Origin: Amoebophrya sp. A120
Lineage: Eukaryota > Protista > Dinoflagellata
Reading direction: 5' to 3'
Assembly (NCBI GenBank): GCA_905178155.1
Contig: CAJINV010000001.1
Location: 6,667,860 to 6,731,859 of the forward strand
Length of the DNA: 64,000 nucleotides
Positions 11,340-23,174 of the stretch are shown here, piece by piece (the stretch's first letter is position 1; every line of letters starts with the position of its first letter). The notes beneath the pieces are model-generated. The model did not search any database. It was not told the DNA's origin and saw only the letters and a program-made list of their open reading frames with translations. The position numbers and the translations under genes were made by a program.

Positions 11340-13106
11340 TCAAACTTCGTCACCCGTTCTGAACTCCCTTCCGCGTCGTGCTTGACTGATGGCGTCACGG
11401 GCGTCCTTCAAGCTCTCGAGTTCTCGACCGAGCCTTTGTTTTCCGCTTTCTTTGTCCCACCAGGGTGCTGCACCTGCACGTCTTGATGTGGTTGCGGGTG
11501 AGGAAACAAGCGCCATGTCTCGGAAGAAAAGAAAGGAATCAGGGGCAGTTAGTGAACGGCCGCCGCGGAGGTGTCTTTCACTTTCTTCGGGAATCGGTAT
11601 GACAACGTCGCAATTCGGGGACGTTCTAATTTTTCCTTGGCGTGGCGCAACAGGTGACAAGTCGCTCTGGTTTCTCCACATGTCAATGTCTCTGCTTCCG
11701 TTACCGTTTTGGAGTCGACACAAGCGAATCAAGGCCTGAGACTCCGCTACCCAGTGTCTGAAGCCATTGTCATTGAACAGAGCCTCATAGTCATCGCGCT
11801 GTTCGCGGGAGTCTGTAGTATACAACTGACTACGGTTATCACCCGCGACGCGTCCTCGCGTACCTTGCTGATTTTCGCTTTCCCGGACCCGTATTGCTTC
11901 TTCGCTATCTCGTCCTATCGTGCTTTCTCTCTCCTCGCTCTCGGGGGACGAGGGAATCACTGAAAGGGGTATCATTTCCACCTCTAAACTTGACGAAGAA
12001 GCGGAGCTTTCGTCGTCACCTGGAACCGGCGCACGGTGTGCAGCCTCGGAGCTTCTTTTCGTCGACGATCCGGAGACCGAGGGTGCGATGCGGTCCCGGC
12101 GCTTCATCCCTGAAGAGGCGCCGCCACTCCTGCCACTCCTGCTTGAAGGTCTCGGCCCACCGTCTGCGACGCGACCCAGCACCGATGGTGTTATCGACCG
12201 CACAGGATCGGCGGCTCGCTTGGGTTTAGACTTGTTCAGCAGGGCCGCGGCCTTCACCGCCCCACCTGCGGAGGAGGCATTTTTGCTGAGCGAGGCGCGC
12301 TCCGCGATGTTTTTGAAAAAAGGCTCGCCCTTGTAAAGGTAGTCTGTAAAGTGTCTTCTCGCGATCTCCCGCTTCGCGTCCTCGACGAGACGGTCGTGAT
12401 CGACTGGAACCTCTCCTGCAGGAGCACCGTCAGCCTTATCCGTTTCGTCAGCACCCAGCACCGGACTGTCGTCATCGGCCAACTGCGTTTGGTAAGAAGT
12501 TGGAAGAACCCCTATCACATCGGCAGGGCGGTCTTCAGGGTGCAGCAGCAGCGGCGCGGCCGCGATTGCCTCCTGCTTCGAGGCAAAGCGCAAGCCCCAG
12601 AAATCGTTGTCGTCTTCGTCTTTCCTTGCTCCGTCCGTATCTGGCTGGTCTTGCTCTACTATGTCAACCGGTTCGTCTTGCTTTTCAGCGACGGCCTCTT
12701 CGGTCGGCTCCTCGACCTCTTCCGGGTTTTCCTCCACGTGTTTTTCCGCCCCGCTCTCGACGTCTTTTTCGTCCTGCTCCCCTTCTTCTACAACGACGAG
12801 TTTACTTTCCTCTTCCACTGGTGGTTCCTCAGCCTCGTCCTCCTTTTTCTCTTCTTCAACGGGCGCCTGCTCCTCGTCCTTTTTCTCAGTGTCGTCCACG
12901 ACTTCTTCGGGGGGTTTCTCTTCCTTCTCTTCGTCGGTGCTATCGCAGCAACCGCAGCAGAACCCCTTCATCGGGTGGCCATCGTCTGGATGCTCGCCGT
13001 GCTCCTTGTCGGCTTTGGTAGCATCTGCCTCTGCTCCGTTGGGAGTTGTAGCGGCATCGCCTTCGGCGTTCTCGCTCGCCTTGGCCTTTGCACAACAATT
13101 ACCCAT
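11340..13106 (-). CDS. Acidic low-complexity protein with N-terminal myristoylation/palmitoylation motif
   Basis: Long ORF. The first ATG gives MGNCCAK, followed by FCCGCC and an E/D-rich tract. The 3' end may be spliced further. Confidence 0.65.
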   Translation of the reverse strand: MGNCCAKAKASENAEGDAATTPNGAEADATKADKEHGEHPDDGHPMKGFCCGCCDSTDEEKEEKPPEEVVDDTEKKDEEQAPVEEEKKEDEAEEPPVEEESKLVVVEEGEQDEKDVESGAEKHVEENPEEVEEPTEEAVAEKQDEPVDIVEQDQPDTDGARKDEDDNDFWGLRFASKQEAIAAAPLLLHPEDRPADVIGVLPTSYQTQLADDDSPVLGADETDKADGAPAGEVPVDHDRLVEDAKREIARRHFTDYLYKGEPFFKNIAERASLSKNASSAGGAVKAAALLNKSKPKRAADPVRSITPSVLGRVADGGPRPSSRSGRSGGASSGMKRRDRIAPSVSGSSTKRSSEAAHRAPVPGDDESSASSSSLEVEMIPLSVIPSSPESEERESTIGRDSEEAIRVRESENQQGTRGRVAGDNRSQLYTTDSREQRDDYEALFNDNGFRHWVAESQALIRLCRLQNGNGSRDIDMWRNQSDLSPVAPRQGKIRTSPNCDVVIPIPEESERHLRGGRSLTAPDSFLFFRDMALVSSPATTSRRAGAAPWWDKESGKQRLGRELESLKDARDAISQARRGREFRTGDEV

Positions 13107-14098
13107 GCTACGGGTCGTGCGGAAAGAAGGAGTGTGCACAACGAGAGCTTTTTTACTTTTTTCGAAGTAGAGGGTGTGATACCAAAATGCAACCAGGCAT
13201 CTTGGTAAACGTTAATGATATCCTAAACGGACAATATAATGGGATTTCTAGTGGGCATGCAGCTGGTGAGGTACAGGTAGCTAAAGTACTGAGAGAAGAC
13301 ATGGGTGGAACTGTAAATCACGCATTCGCACTAACTAGGCTGTCTAAGTAATCGATACGTTCTATTCATCTCGTAGAAAATACCATACCACAATCACTTG
13401 TTTGTCCAACCTGACTTAGCTAAGGGCTAAACAATGACATCCACGACAACGAACGAAGACAGAGAAAGGGACGTGGATAATACGAACGACAACGAGCAGC
13501 ACGAAAAGAATTGTAGTTGTACGAAGAACGAAGAAACGAATTCAAACCAACACGATATAGGCCAGGATGAGGCCAGAAAGTTCATTTGTCGAATGGAGAC
13601 GGAATACTGGCAGTGCGTTCGTCGACAGTCAGTAGGCTACCCCTAACAATTGGGAATTTCGAAAAGTGCATACTTAGCTCACTGCGGAAACACTTGGACA
13701 GGGTGAAGAGAGAAACCAAGCCCCCCTGGTCGCGATAAACGACTGCCATATTGCAGGAACGCGACGGCAAGAAGCTCTGACGCAGACGCATTTCAATTTG
13801 ACATTCAATTTCTGTCTCCTCCAGCTGAATGGATCTTGCATTTATTTCATTTCTCGACGAAGCTCTCGGTGATCCTGCTTTCGCCCCTATCATTTGTTGC
13901 ACGAAGATGTGCTGAGGCTGACAGTTCGTCACAGGCGCCTTCTTCAAGATGCATTTCAGATGGGTGCTGATGAAACAGTGGTAGTCGTGACTTAGATTTA
14001 GTTCATACAAATTGACACAGTGTCCGCACACGATCTGATGGGTCAACACCATTTTTCGTGGTCTTCATTCACAAATTGCACATGCGGCCCAGACGACC

Positions 14099-15398
14099 GT
14101 CATATCGTCTTCCCGGCTGCGGCGGACCCGGCCCCTTTTCCACCCTCGTCGGAAACAAAGACGTGCTGTTCGGTTTTCGAGTTGGTTTTTTTTGTCATGC
14201 TCGCTGATACTCAAGAAAGATACAACCGCGCGAATTACTAGTTCGTTGTAGATTATGACTGATCAATCTCCATGGTGTGAACAAGAAGAGAACAACAACA
14301 GTAGTACGTCCTGCATGTGCTTTTGGTAGTTCTTTTTGAAATTCTCGAAGCGATCCGTCATCTCCTTATCCGGATTCCAGTGGGGCATTTTGGTCTTCGT
14401 GGGCATACTCCTTGGTGTTGGCGGTACGCGCAACTGGATGTCGCGACGATAGCGGTTTCTGTAGATGAAGTGTTGACGTGAAATGTTAGTTTACTCACTG
14501 CAACTACTTACGCCGGATTCTGATTTTCAATCTTCTCTTTCATCGTTTTCTAGAACTCGCTGTGTGAAAGGCGAAAGTGGCTTCACTATTACTGAAACTA
14601 AGTGAAAGCATACCGGAAAGCAAAAGAATGGTATAGTACGAATTGGCCCCCATTTTCGTGAGCAGCGTTTGTCTCTTCGCCTCCTGCCTGCCCATGGCGT
14701 TGGGATCGCCCAAGGTGCCCTTGCACTGCTCGAGTCGCTTCAGAAGAAGCCTGTTTTCTCGCGTTATCCTATCTGACTCTCGGGTATGCAGCTGCGCGTG
14801 CAAACTCTTCTCCGCTTTCACTGGGTGCAGGAGATCGATTTTCCTGAGTTGATTTGCGTTTCCTTTAAACCAAAAGCAACAAGATGAACTACAACAGGAC
14901 TGCAATTTCAAAAAGTCGTTTTGTTTCGCGTGGTACAGAGAATGTGGCTCCCCTAATTCGAAAAATATATCGCAGCATCAACACCGCTGGAAAAGTGCAG
15001 TTTTGATTTTCAAAACGTAGTTTACCTTGTGTCTATCTCGAGCATTTTCTGCAGCAATATCCTGTTCTCCAACTGAATCTCGTTTGCTCGATTTCTCTGC
15101 AGCTCTCGTGTATTGGTTTTGTACTTGAGGTGTACGTATCTGGTCGGCTCTGTCGTGTCCACGCAGGGCTGTTGTTGAGGCGGTTTCATTTGATCATGTT
15201 GTATCATGACCGACAACATTGATTGGTACCTACATCGCAGTTAACTTTTCGTTTTCATTCATTCAAACTAAAGTCATGCTATGATGGTACCTTGACAGTG
15301 GCTAGATGCCGCAGATGAGACTCGTGCTTGGCTTGATCTTCCTTTTTCTGGAGGATGCGATTGCATACCTTCACGTTCCAGATGTTGGCGTTCTTCAT
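14099..15398 (-). CDS. CFAP97/KIAA1430-domain-like flagellar protein (multi-exon)
   Basis: Spliced product HLRHLATVK-PCVDTTEPTRYVHLKYKTNTRELQRNRANEIQLENRILLQKMLEI, plus a second ITRENRLLLKRL repeat, resembles the KIAA1430/CFAP97 signature. GT-AG introns at 15169-15290, 14844-15025 and 14459-14639 restore the frame. The last exon is tentative. Confidence 0.65.
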
Positions 15399-17127
15399 GG
15401 TTTCAGGATCAACTGCGACGTCGCAATGAACCTGATGCTCGTGAAACTTGAAAGACCGCCTTCGCACACGGGCCGACTGTCTGGTTTGTTCTACTTCTGC
15501 TCCTGTCGGGTACAGCCGCGTCTTCTTGCAGATTGTGTTTCGTTTTTGCACTGGAAACAACAGGCGAGCGGCTCTTCTTTGCGTGGTCGAAACTTGTTCT
15601 CTGAAGATCGTTGCTCGGTGGTTGTTCCCGTCGTCGATTTCCAAGAAATCCGGGGCTTCTTAATATGCGATGTGGCTTCGTGTTTTGGCAACAAATCGTT
15701 TGTCGAAAATGTGTCGGAGATGTGCAAATCGACCCGAGCGTCACTTCACAGGAAAAGAAGTCCTCACGAAAGCCGCCAGCTGTTGAAATGCTGCGGTTTT
15801 GCGATCTCGACCTAAGATGAAGAGATGAAGTTGGTCCTCGCTGCGGACAGTCCGTTGAACGTGCGTATTTTAGCTTTTGCTTCCCTCGTTGACGTGAGCG
15901 TTCAGCAAGAAATAAAGCTGCTCGTGCGAAACGTCGGCTCTGCCGGTGCCTTCTACTTGGATAGCTTTCCTTGTACTCCCCAATGTTTTGCTCAACACCT
16001 GGTTTCCCTACGGCTGTAGAAAGACGGCAGGAGAGGAGGACGCACCCACTGCTGGCACACCCAAAAGTCAGAAAACAAGGCGCTTCTGCCACTACTGCTT
16101 CCCCTTCCCGGTGACCGGAATCGGAGACTATTGCGAGACAGGTTGTCGTTACGTGCTTCAGGGGTTGGAATTTGCTACCGGAGTTTCTTCTGGTTCGTTG
16201 GTTGATGCGTCCCCCGTTCAGACAAAAGACTTTCTTGCGTCCCCCGTTCAGGCAGAAGGACGATCCAAGCCTGCAACCAGTTCAAGACGTCGGGTCGAGA
16301 CGGCTAAACACTTGATGAAAACTCCAATGAGTCTTCAAAATATCGTAGGTCTAAGCACGCGGCGTCTCGTTTGAAGATGCTCTACTTGTTCCCGACGATA
16401 ACGCTCGTCTCTGGAACAAATCCTTATCCTATCGTCCTCCGGCGCCCAGGACGATGGTGTTTCAGTTACTACAGATACTGTCCTGCAGATATAGTCACGT
16501 TTCGTTCAGACAGGACCTGCTCTTGCTGCAACGTCAAACTGGTTGTGGTCGTCTTGTTCAACGTCCAGATTGCTCGTGGTAGCCACGACGAAAAACGAGC
16601 CGGTAGCAAATGACCGTGCGTGTCCAGGGGTGGTTCACTTGAAGATGAAAGGGACTGGGACCAGGAGCAGGTAGGGTTATATTCTGCGTAGAGATTTTAC
16701 AATTCGATCTCAAAACTCGCACCGGTTGTCAGTGCGTCGCAACAAATTCTTTTTCCAAGAACCCAAAAAATCTACATTCAGAAGAGCGCAAAAACCTGAA
16801 ACCACTACTGCATTGGATAAAATCGCAGAAGTCGTCGTGGTGGCAAGAGAGATCGTCTTTTCACATACCTGAGCTTCACACCTACGATCACCAAAAACAC
16901 AGTATTCACGACCACTCAGTAGAAACAACATACTTAGAGACATGTTTACAATGAAAGATTACGCGATTGATTCCGATTGGACACCAAAAGAAACACCAGG
17001 CACTCGTCGCACGCTCCCGGTCAAACACACTAGCGATAACCCTCAGCCTCTCCCCGAAACAAGTCGAAAACAGAAAGATGATGACATCAAACAGGAACGA
17101 AAACCAGGCGTGCGCAAGCACACACAG

Positions 17128-17202
17128 TCACGAGTTTCGATGCTGGCCTCACGAGTCGTACGCCTCACGAGTTTCGATGCTGCCTCACGAGTTTCGATGC
17201 TC
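17128..17202. repeat. Short tandem repeat of (C)TCACGAGTTTCGATGCT units
   Basis: Four TCACGAGT units, three of them followed by TTCGATGCT. Confidence 0.8.
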
Positions 17203-19448
17203 GCAATGCAGCTAGCATGGAAACTCGTGCGGCGTGCCACTATCCTACTACTGCGAGGAGCGAACATGACGACAATTCTTCTTCGGCAAGAAAGTGTTGC
17301 CGCATGAGTTGAAGTGGCGGTCCTTTGTTTCCGCAGTCAATGATTTTTTTTGTCACCATGGTCACTAAATTTCAACCCTGTCATCTTTCGCTGTTCTTTG
17401 CGTTTGCTAGATACACTTACACATGTAAGTATGCTTCTATGATAAGAAATGATTGAAGTAGAAGCAAATAATTGAAGAACTTTCTGAATCGATCGGGATC
17501 GATCCTGTTTTGGAATGGGAACTTCTTGCCTGGTCCATTCACGACCGGGACTGCAGTTTATCTGACCGGTAGCCCAGTGAAGATCAGAATCCCGCCGGCA
17601 CTACAGCTCTCAGCAGATGGAAAAATCCTCGCTCGTACGCCACTAGTACGGTTAAAAGGCATAAAATGCATGCGTAGGTCCTGAAAAACGAACTTGAAGA
17701 ACTGGTTGGTGCAAAACTATTATTAGCATCACCCTCGTCGGCCAAGAACCCGATGAAGAAGCCTGACACGGTGTTTCTGTCGTAGCTGTAATTATATCCG
17801 GCGGCGTGCCCAACCCTCCGTCTCCTGAAGAAGGCACGAGACAGCGCCAACCACAGGGTACACAACAGAAAAACGATTGCAGAGTAAGCCAATCGTTTCC
17901 GCTCGGCTCGCTCCATCATGGGCATAGAGCGCAGCTGCGCTGACAAAGGCTAGTAGTTTCCGGGAACTTGTGCGCGCATAAGAAAGGGAATCACACCAAC
18001 ACAAGATTTTCAAACAAATGCATTGAAAGAGGAAAGAGTACTTACCTTTAGTTCTATCGCAATATCATTTTTTTGGTCGCGGGAATCTACGCAAAAAGAA
18101 ACTGCATCCAGTGATGATTTTCATTCACATTTGGCAAATTGTTTGCAAGGGTGATAAACACTATGCAGCATATTACGGGCACATGCAGAACTCCCTGCTC
18201 CGCTACTGATTTCCAAAAAATTTGCAAACAAAAGCAGAACCGAAAACATTTATGCTGCACCATCAGACCGATGCCGATCTAGCCCTAGGGATGATTGATG
18301 GCGCGTGTCCGATCACCAATCGGGTTCTTATCGAAAACCTTAGACTTACCGAAAGCGTCACTTTTTTTACCATACCGATTCTGTTGCATGGGAGAGACAA
18401 AAGAAGAAGTGTGACCGAAAAATAAAATTGAATATCTACTTCTTGCCGCGCTGAAATAAAGCTGTTTGATGAGTCTGACCGATGAGGAAAAGCCGATACT
18501 TCTGCTTGATCTTTGGCCTCTTGCTCTTAGATAGTCTGTTCTTTTTGTAGAAGTCAAATTATTGACCAAAAATATGTGAGCAGTTGCGACACCGACGTTG
18601 CCGGATCTCTGTGGCTATGTGAAGACAATGCTTTCATCGCAGGTGAAAAAGAACACCGAACTACTTAACACAAAGCGGTAGTAAGCGCACGCGGCGAAAT
18701 CGATTTAACTTTAAGTGAGAACCTTTCGGTATACCATTCCATTCGTAGTTGACCTGTTGCGCATTGACCAAGATGAATCCGCAGAGCGACGACGCAAGCT
18801 GCAAAATCAAGGGGGTACGTACAACGGCTGGGATAGCAGAGCTCTCGATTTTTACCTGAGGAGGTCCAGATCGCTGCTAGGCTCCGGAGTTGTAGCTACG
18901 GGCGGCCCATACATCCCACGCTGCTGCATATGGAAATCAAAATCGAGTCGACCTTCGTAACTCTTCGAAAGCGCTGGCATGCTAGTGACCGCGGGGGTGC
19001 AGTCGATCGGCAATATCGGTGATACTTCCTATGAGTACTACGGGGCTCGGTGGAAATACAACTGGGTACAACCAAAAACGCTGTCAGAGGCTTTGTTGGA
19101 AAATTTGCATTGCAACTCGATTACGATTAGTACAGCTACAACAGGGGAAAAAAGTTCTTCTTCAGTAGAGTTTCAATTTGGTAAATTAATAATGACTCGA
19201 GGGCACAGATCTAGTATAGTAAGTTCTGGGAACTCGAACGTGATTGGATATCTACGTTGGAAATGGAAACTTTAAAGATTTCGTAGGTGTATAGTTCTCC
19301 GAGGTGTAGGACTTCTGCAGGAAGATACGAAGCGGCTGCAGCGATGAAAATCCTTTGTTACAGTTTCTCACGTCGCGGACGAATTACTTTTTCTTGGAAA
19401 CACCAGTCCATCCAGCACGAAAGGACGACGAAGATTCCCCTTCACCAC

Positions 19449-21851
19449 TCACGCAGCCACGGTTGTAGCTGCCGAGTTGAGGAACTCGTTGACGTGGTCT
19501 AGCTCGCGGCCTAGTTTCTGCTGAAAGAATTCGAACAAGTTCTCTTGGCCAAACGCAGCCGGCGTGAGGATGCGCTCCGTGCGGCTGAGTTTCGGCAGCG
19601 TATCAAGGTAGTTCACGAACACCGGACAGTGCTTGCGAAACGGCGTCGGCGAGGGAAATTTCCGCTCCTCGGCGTCCACGAAGGCGAGGATGTTGCCCAG
19701 GGAATGCAACAGACTGCCCACGCCGCCCTTGTTCAGCAGAAGTTGCTGCGTCTGCTTCTCCGGATTGTCGGCGCAAAGTCGCGCCAGGCGCTTGGTCAGA
19801 CCAAGGATCCGCTTCAGCAATGGGGAGCTGAGAAGTGGTGGCTCTGCACCGGACATCTTCGACGACGAAGAGGAGCCGCCAGAAAACGCGTCGACCTGAC
19901 AAGCATATTGACGGAACGTAAAGAAAATTTTGCATCTTAATATGGTTTTGCGTACCGACACCGAGCGAGGAGCTGCATCTTTCTACGCCATCAATCCATG
20001 ATTCCGGATCGCGATGGATGCAGCACCGATGCATCATTATGCCTGAGCCACCTATTTCCAATACGAGTATCATTTATACCTTCGACCCCTGATGCGAGGA
20101 CGAAGAGGCTGAGTGTATCGTCGACTTTCCGAGCTCATCCGTGGGCGTAGAGGCAGTGGTGGATGCGTTACTGGATGCCGAGTGATCGATGGTAATCAGT
20201 GGTATACGTCGGTTGTGTATCTTCTTCTCGAAGCTGTTCAAGTCTGCAAACGCGGACTGCAGGTTGCGATACCTTTATTTGGTTTTGATGTGTCTTGCTC
20301 CTCATCCATATCGCAGTCGATCTTGCATAGCAAATACACGAATTTGATTTTCTCATCACACGCGACGCGCGGCGCGCTGTGGCTGCACTATGGATGTGCA
20401 CAGACCAATGAAGTTAGATAGGCAAAAAGTTGCTATCGTCGTGTACTTCTTAGGTGGTGGCACGTAGTTGCGAATCTTGAGGTGCTGCATCTGCATCTTT
20501 TCATCCACAAAATTGAACAGCTTTTGCTGCTTCTGCTGCTGCTTACGGACTCGCTCTGCGACCACGCCGTGGCCATCCAAATCCACGTCGTCCAGCGGCG
20601 ATGTAGGTGTTCCGACCTTTGTCGATAGAAAATTCACTACATTTTCGAACCACACGATACGAAAGCGAAACCAGCATGATTAACGTCAATCTGTGCAATC
20701 CAAGAACTGGTAGAACATAAGATAGAAGTAAGTAGGCAGAACTTCAAGCTGAATTTTCCTCTTGCACACACACGAAGTACCTTTTCCAGGTCACTCATCT
20801 CGCGCGCCACTGATACTCTGGCGGGCAGGGAAAGACTGCTCGGCTGCGCCCAGAACGATCGTCTTCGCGCCGCGACTTGCTCCCCGTACTTCTGTTTCCT
20901 CGCGACATGGAGCAATTTCCGCTTGGACTCGACGGTGTCGATCTCGGCCTTATTTGGCGCCACGTAGTTGCCATTGCCATCAAGAAAAAGACCTTGCACC
21001 GACGTGGGGCGCAGTGTCCCACCTGTTTTCGTTGTGCGCGCCTTCTGTGAGCCGTCCCGGCCATCCTCGTCTTCTGCCGCAGACTGAGCTGTTGACGCAA
21101 CCGCGTAGTTGTATGTTGCGAGTGCGCCGCCCAGCGCGACAGCGGCACGCCTGCGCGTTCGTGGCACGCCAGTGCTACTCTTCGGTCGTACGGTCAGGGT
21201 TGTGCCTAAGAAACTCGAGGAGGAGCTGGAGCTCGTGCCCGTTTCCGCTAGCACACCTCCCGTCTTTGGACCCCACAAATTACCCATCAGGACACCGCCG
21301 GCCTGTTATGGAAATGAATCATGTCGTACCTTGAATTCAACATTCATGATTATGAAATCGGGAAAAACTCTTATGCTTGTGGTCAGTGGAACAGAACAAG
21401 ACGAGTTCTGTAGTACTGTTGCCGGTCGGCTTCTGGATGGCTGGACCGCTCTTCGGGAAAGGTACTGCACATCTTCAAGGGCGAGCTGCATCAACGGGAC
21501 AGCTGCAGTGGTCATCAGCGTGGGAGTGGGCGCCCGCCCCGCGCTGCTGGCGCTCGGCGGTCGATACTTTTCCAAAAACGGACTCTTCTTTCGTCTGCGC
21601 GCCCGGAACCGTTGCTCTTCACTGGCCTCGTCGTCTGGCCCGTCCTGCTCCCATGGCGCCTTGCCGTACTCCCCGACGAGACGAACTTTCCGGCCATTCG
21701 CTTCCGCGACCCCGCCACTCGCTGTTAGAAATTGCGACCCCGGTTTTGACGACGACGAGTTCTCACCGAGCGTTTCGGTCTCCGAAGCCGACGCCGAGGA
21801 CGGGTAGGCCGTGCTCGCAGCGCTCGGCCGTGCAGCAGAACCCTGCTTCAT
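19449..21851 (-). CDS. One or two multi-exon hypothetical genes
   Basis: GC-rich coding-like blocks (21851-21330, 21302-20780, 20640-20450, 19900-19449) separated by AT-rich spacers. Exon structure unresolved; no recognisable domain. Confidence 0.4.
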
Positions 21852-23174
21852 GCTTTTGATTCTGCCTTCGGTTGCTGATCACAAGCACACGAAAAAACCT
21901 GAAATAACCACTGGATCTTTTTCTAAAAGAGTCAGAAGCTCAGCTCGCTCTATGAATCTGTTGTTCGGGGGCCTCTTTGTGGACAACCGCGTCCTACTCT
22001 CTCCTCCGATCGAAAAATAATTGATATTGAGTTTCGAACGATACTGTGCGACGAAGCAGGTAAGAATCACTCGTTTTTCCACTCACACATCAGTTCTCAC
22101 GTGCGGTCACGATCCTGCCAGCCCAACCTGACCCCACGTTTGACCAAAGGATCGCACGAAAAAGAACGAAAAGTGATCCTCAAAAAGTATGCGACATCCA
22201 GCGGAAAAACAACGACAAAACCCCCGATGCTGATGTAATTAATTCCTTCTCGTATTGAGACGAAGTTGCATAAATCGTACAGTAGCAGACGACGATTCTG
22301 ATCGTTGTTGTCGTTGAGCAGTCTTTGCATACACTGAAAACGATGTCGACCTCATGATCTAATAATGCAAAACATCATTGCACGCAAATCATGGGAACGC
22401 CGGATCATCAGTTCTCTGCTTCTGCGTGTCGGTATGTGGAAAGCCTTCCTGCGATACACTCGTCGAGGTCAGTCGCATCTATCACCAACCGCGCAATGTC
22501 TGCTGGTCCCTCGCTTTTCAGCATTCACTGGACAGATGTTCAAAGTGGCTTTGCAAGTGTACACAAATTTCCAAAACTTCTCACATACTACCTGAGTGAG
22601 GCTTTTTCTTTTACTTTTTCTGTATGGAGGTCTACATAAGATTGCAATTCTGCTGGTTTGCTTCCGGTACTTTCGCAATGTATGATTTCAGAATCTCTTT
22701 TCGACATTTTTTGTGACAGCGACGTCAGAGACGAATCTCAGATATCCCTATCTACAAATTTCACAGATGTTCATCATGCTGGCTGCAGACACTTTTTAGT
22801 GATCGGATCACGCTCAACGAACTATTCGTGTTATTGCTCTTTGTGTAGTTGCTCCTTTGAAGCCGCGTGAGAGATCTTTCCGGCATCGAATTTCGCCGCG
22901 CAATCGCATGCCGCCTCCGCCAAGCTCTTTCGGCGCATGCCACCCAGGAAGTCCCCAGGGGACGGATCGTCCCTTGCGATGGTGCGCTTTGAGCAGTCGG
23001 GTCGTTACAAGGAATGCAGGTCGCAGCAAGAATGCACCTGGTCGCACTGTGGTCGGCGGACACAACGGCACCTCCCGACAGGCCCCTACAAGTAGTTGCA
23101 ATAGTCGCACCACGAGTCCGCGACGCTCAGTAGAGTTTGCGACGTATTCCGCTTGCGCTGAATCACGAGCGTCC

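Noticed and set aside
11389-13208. Long plus-strand ORFs here and opposite other genes
   Set aside because: Antisense shadows of GC3-rich minus-strand genes; S/F/L-rich with no motifs.
15409-19300. Protein-coding genes in this interval
   Set aside because: Only short ORFs without motifs or a consistent splice model; small exons cannot be excluded.
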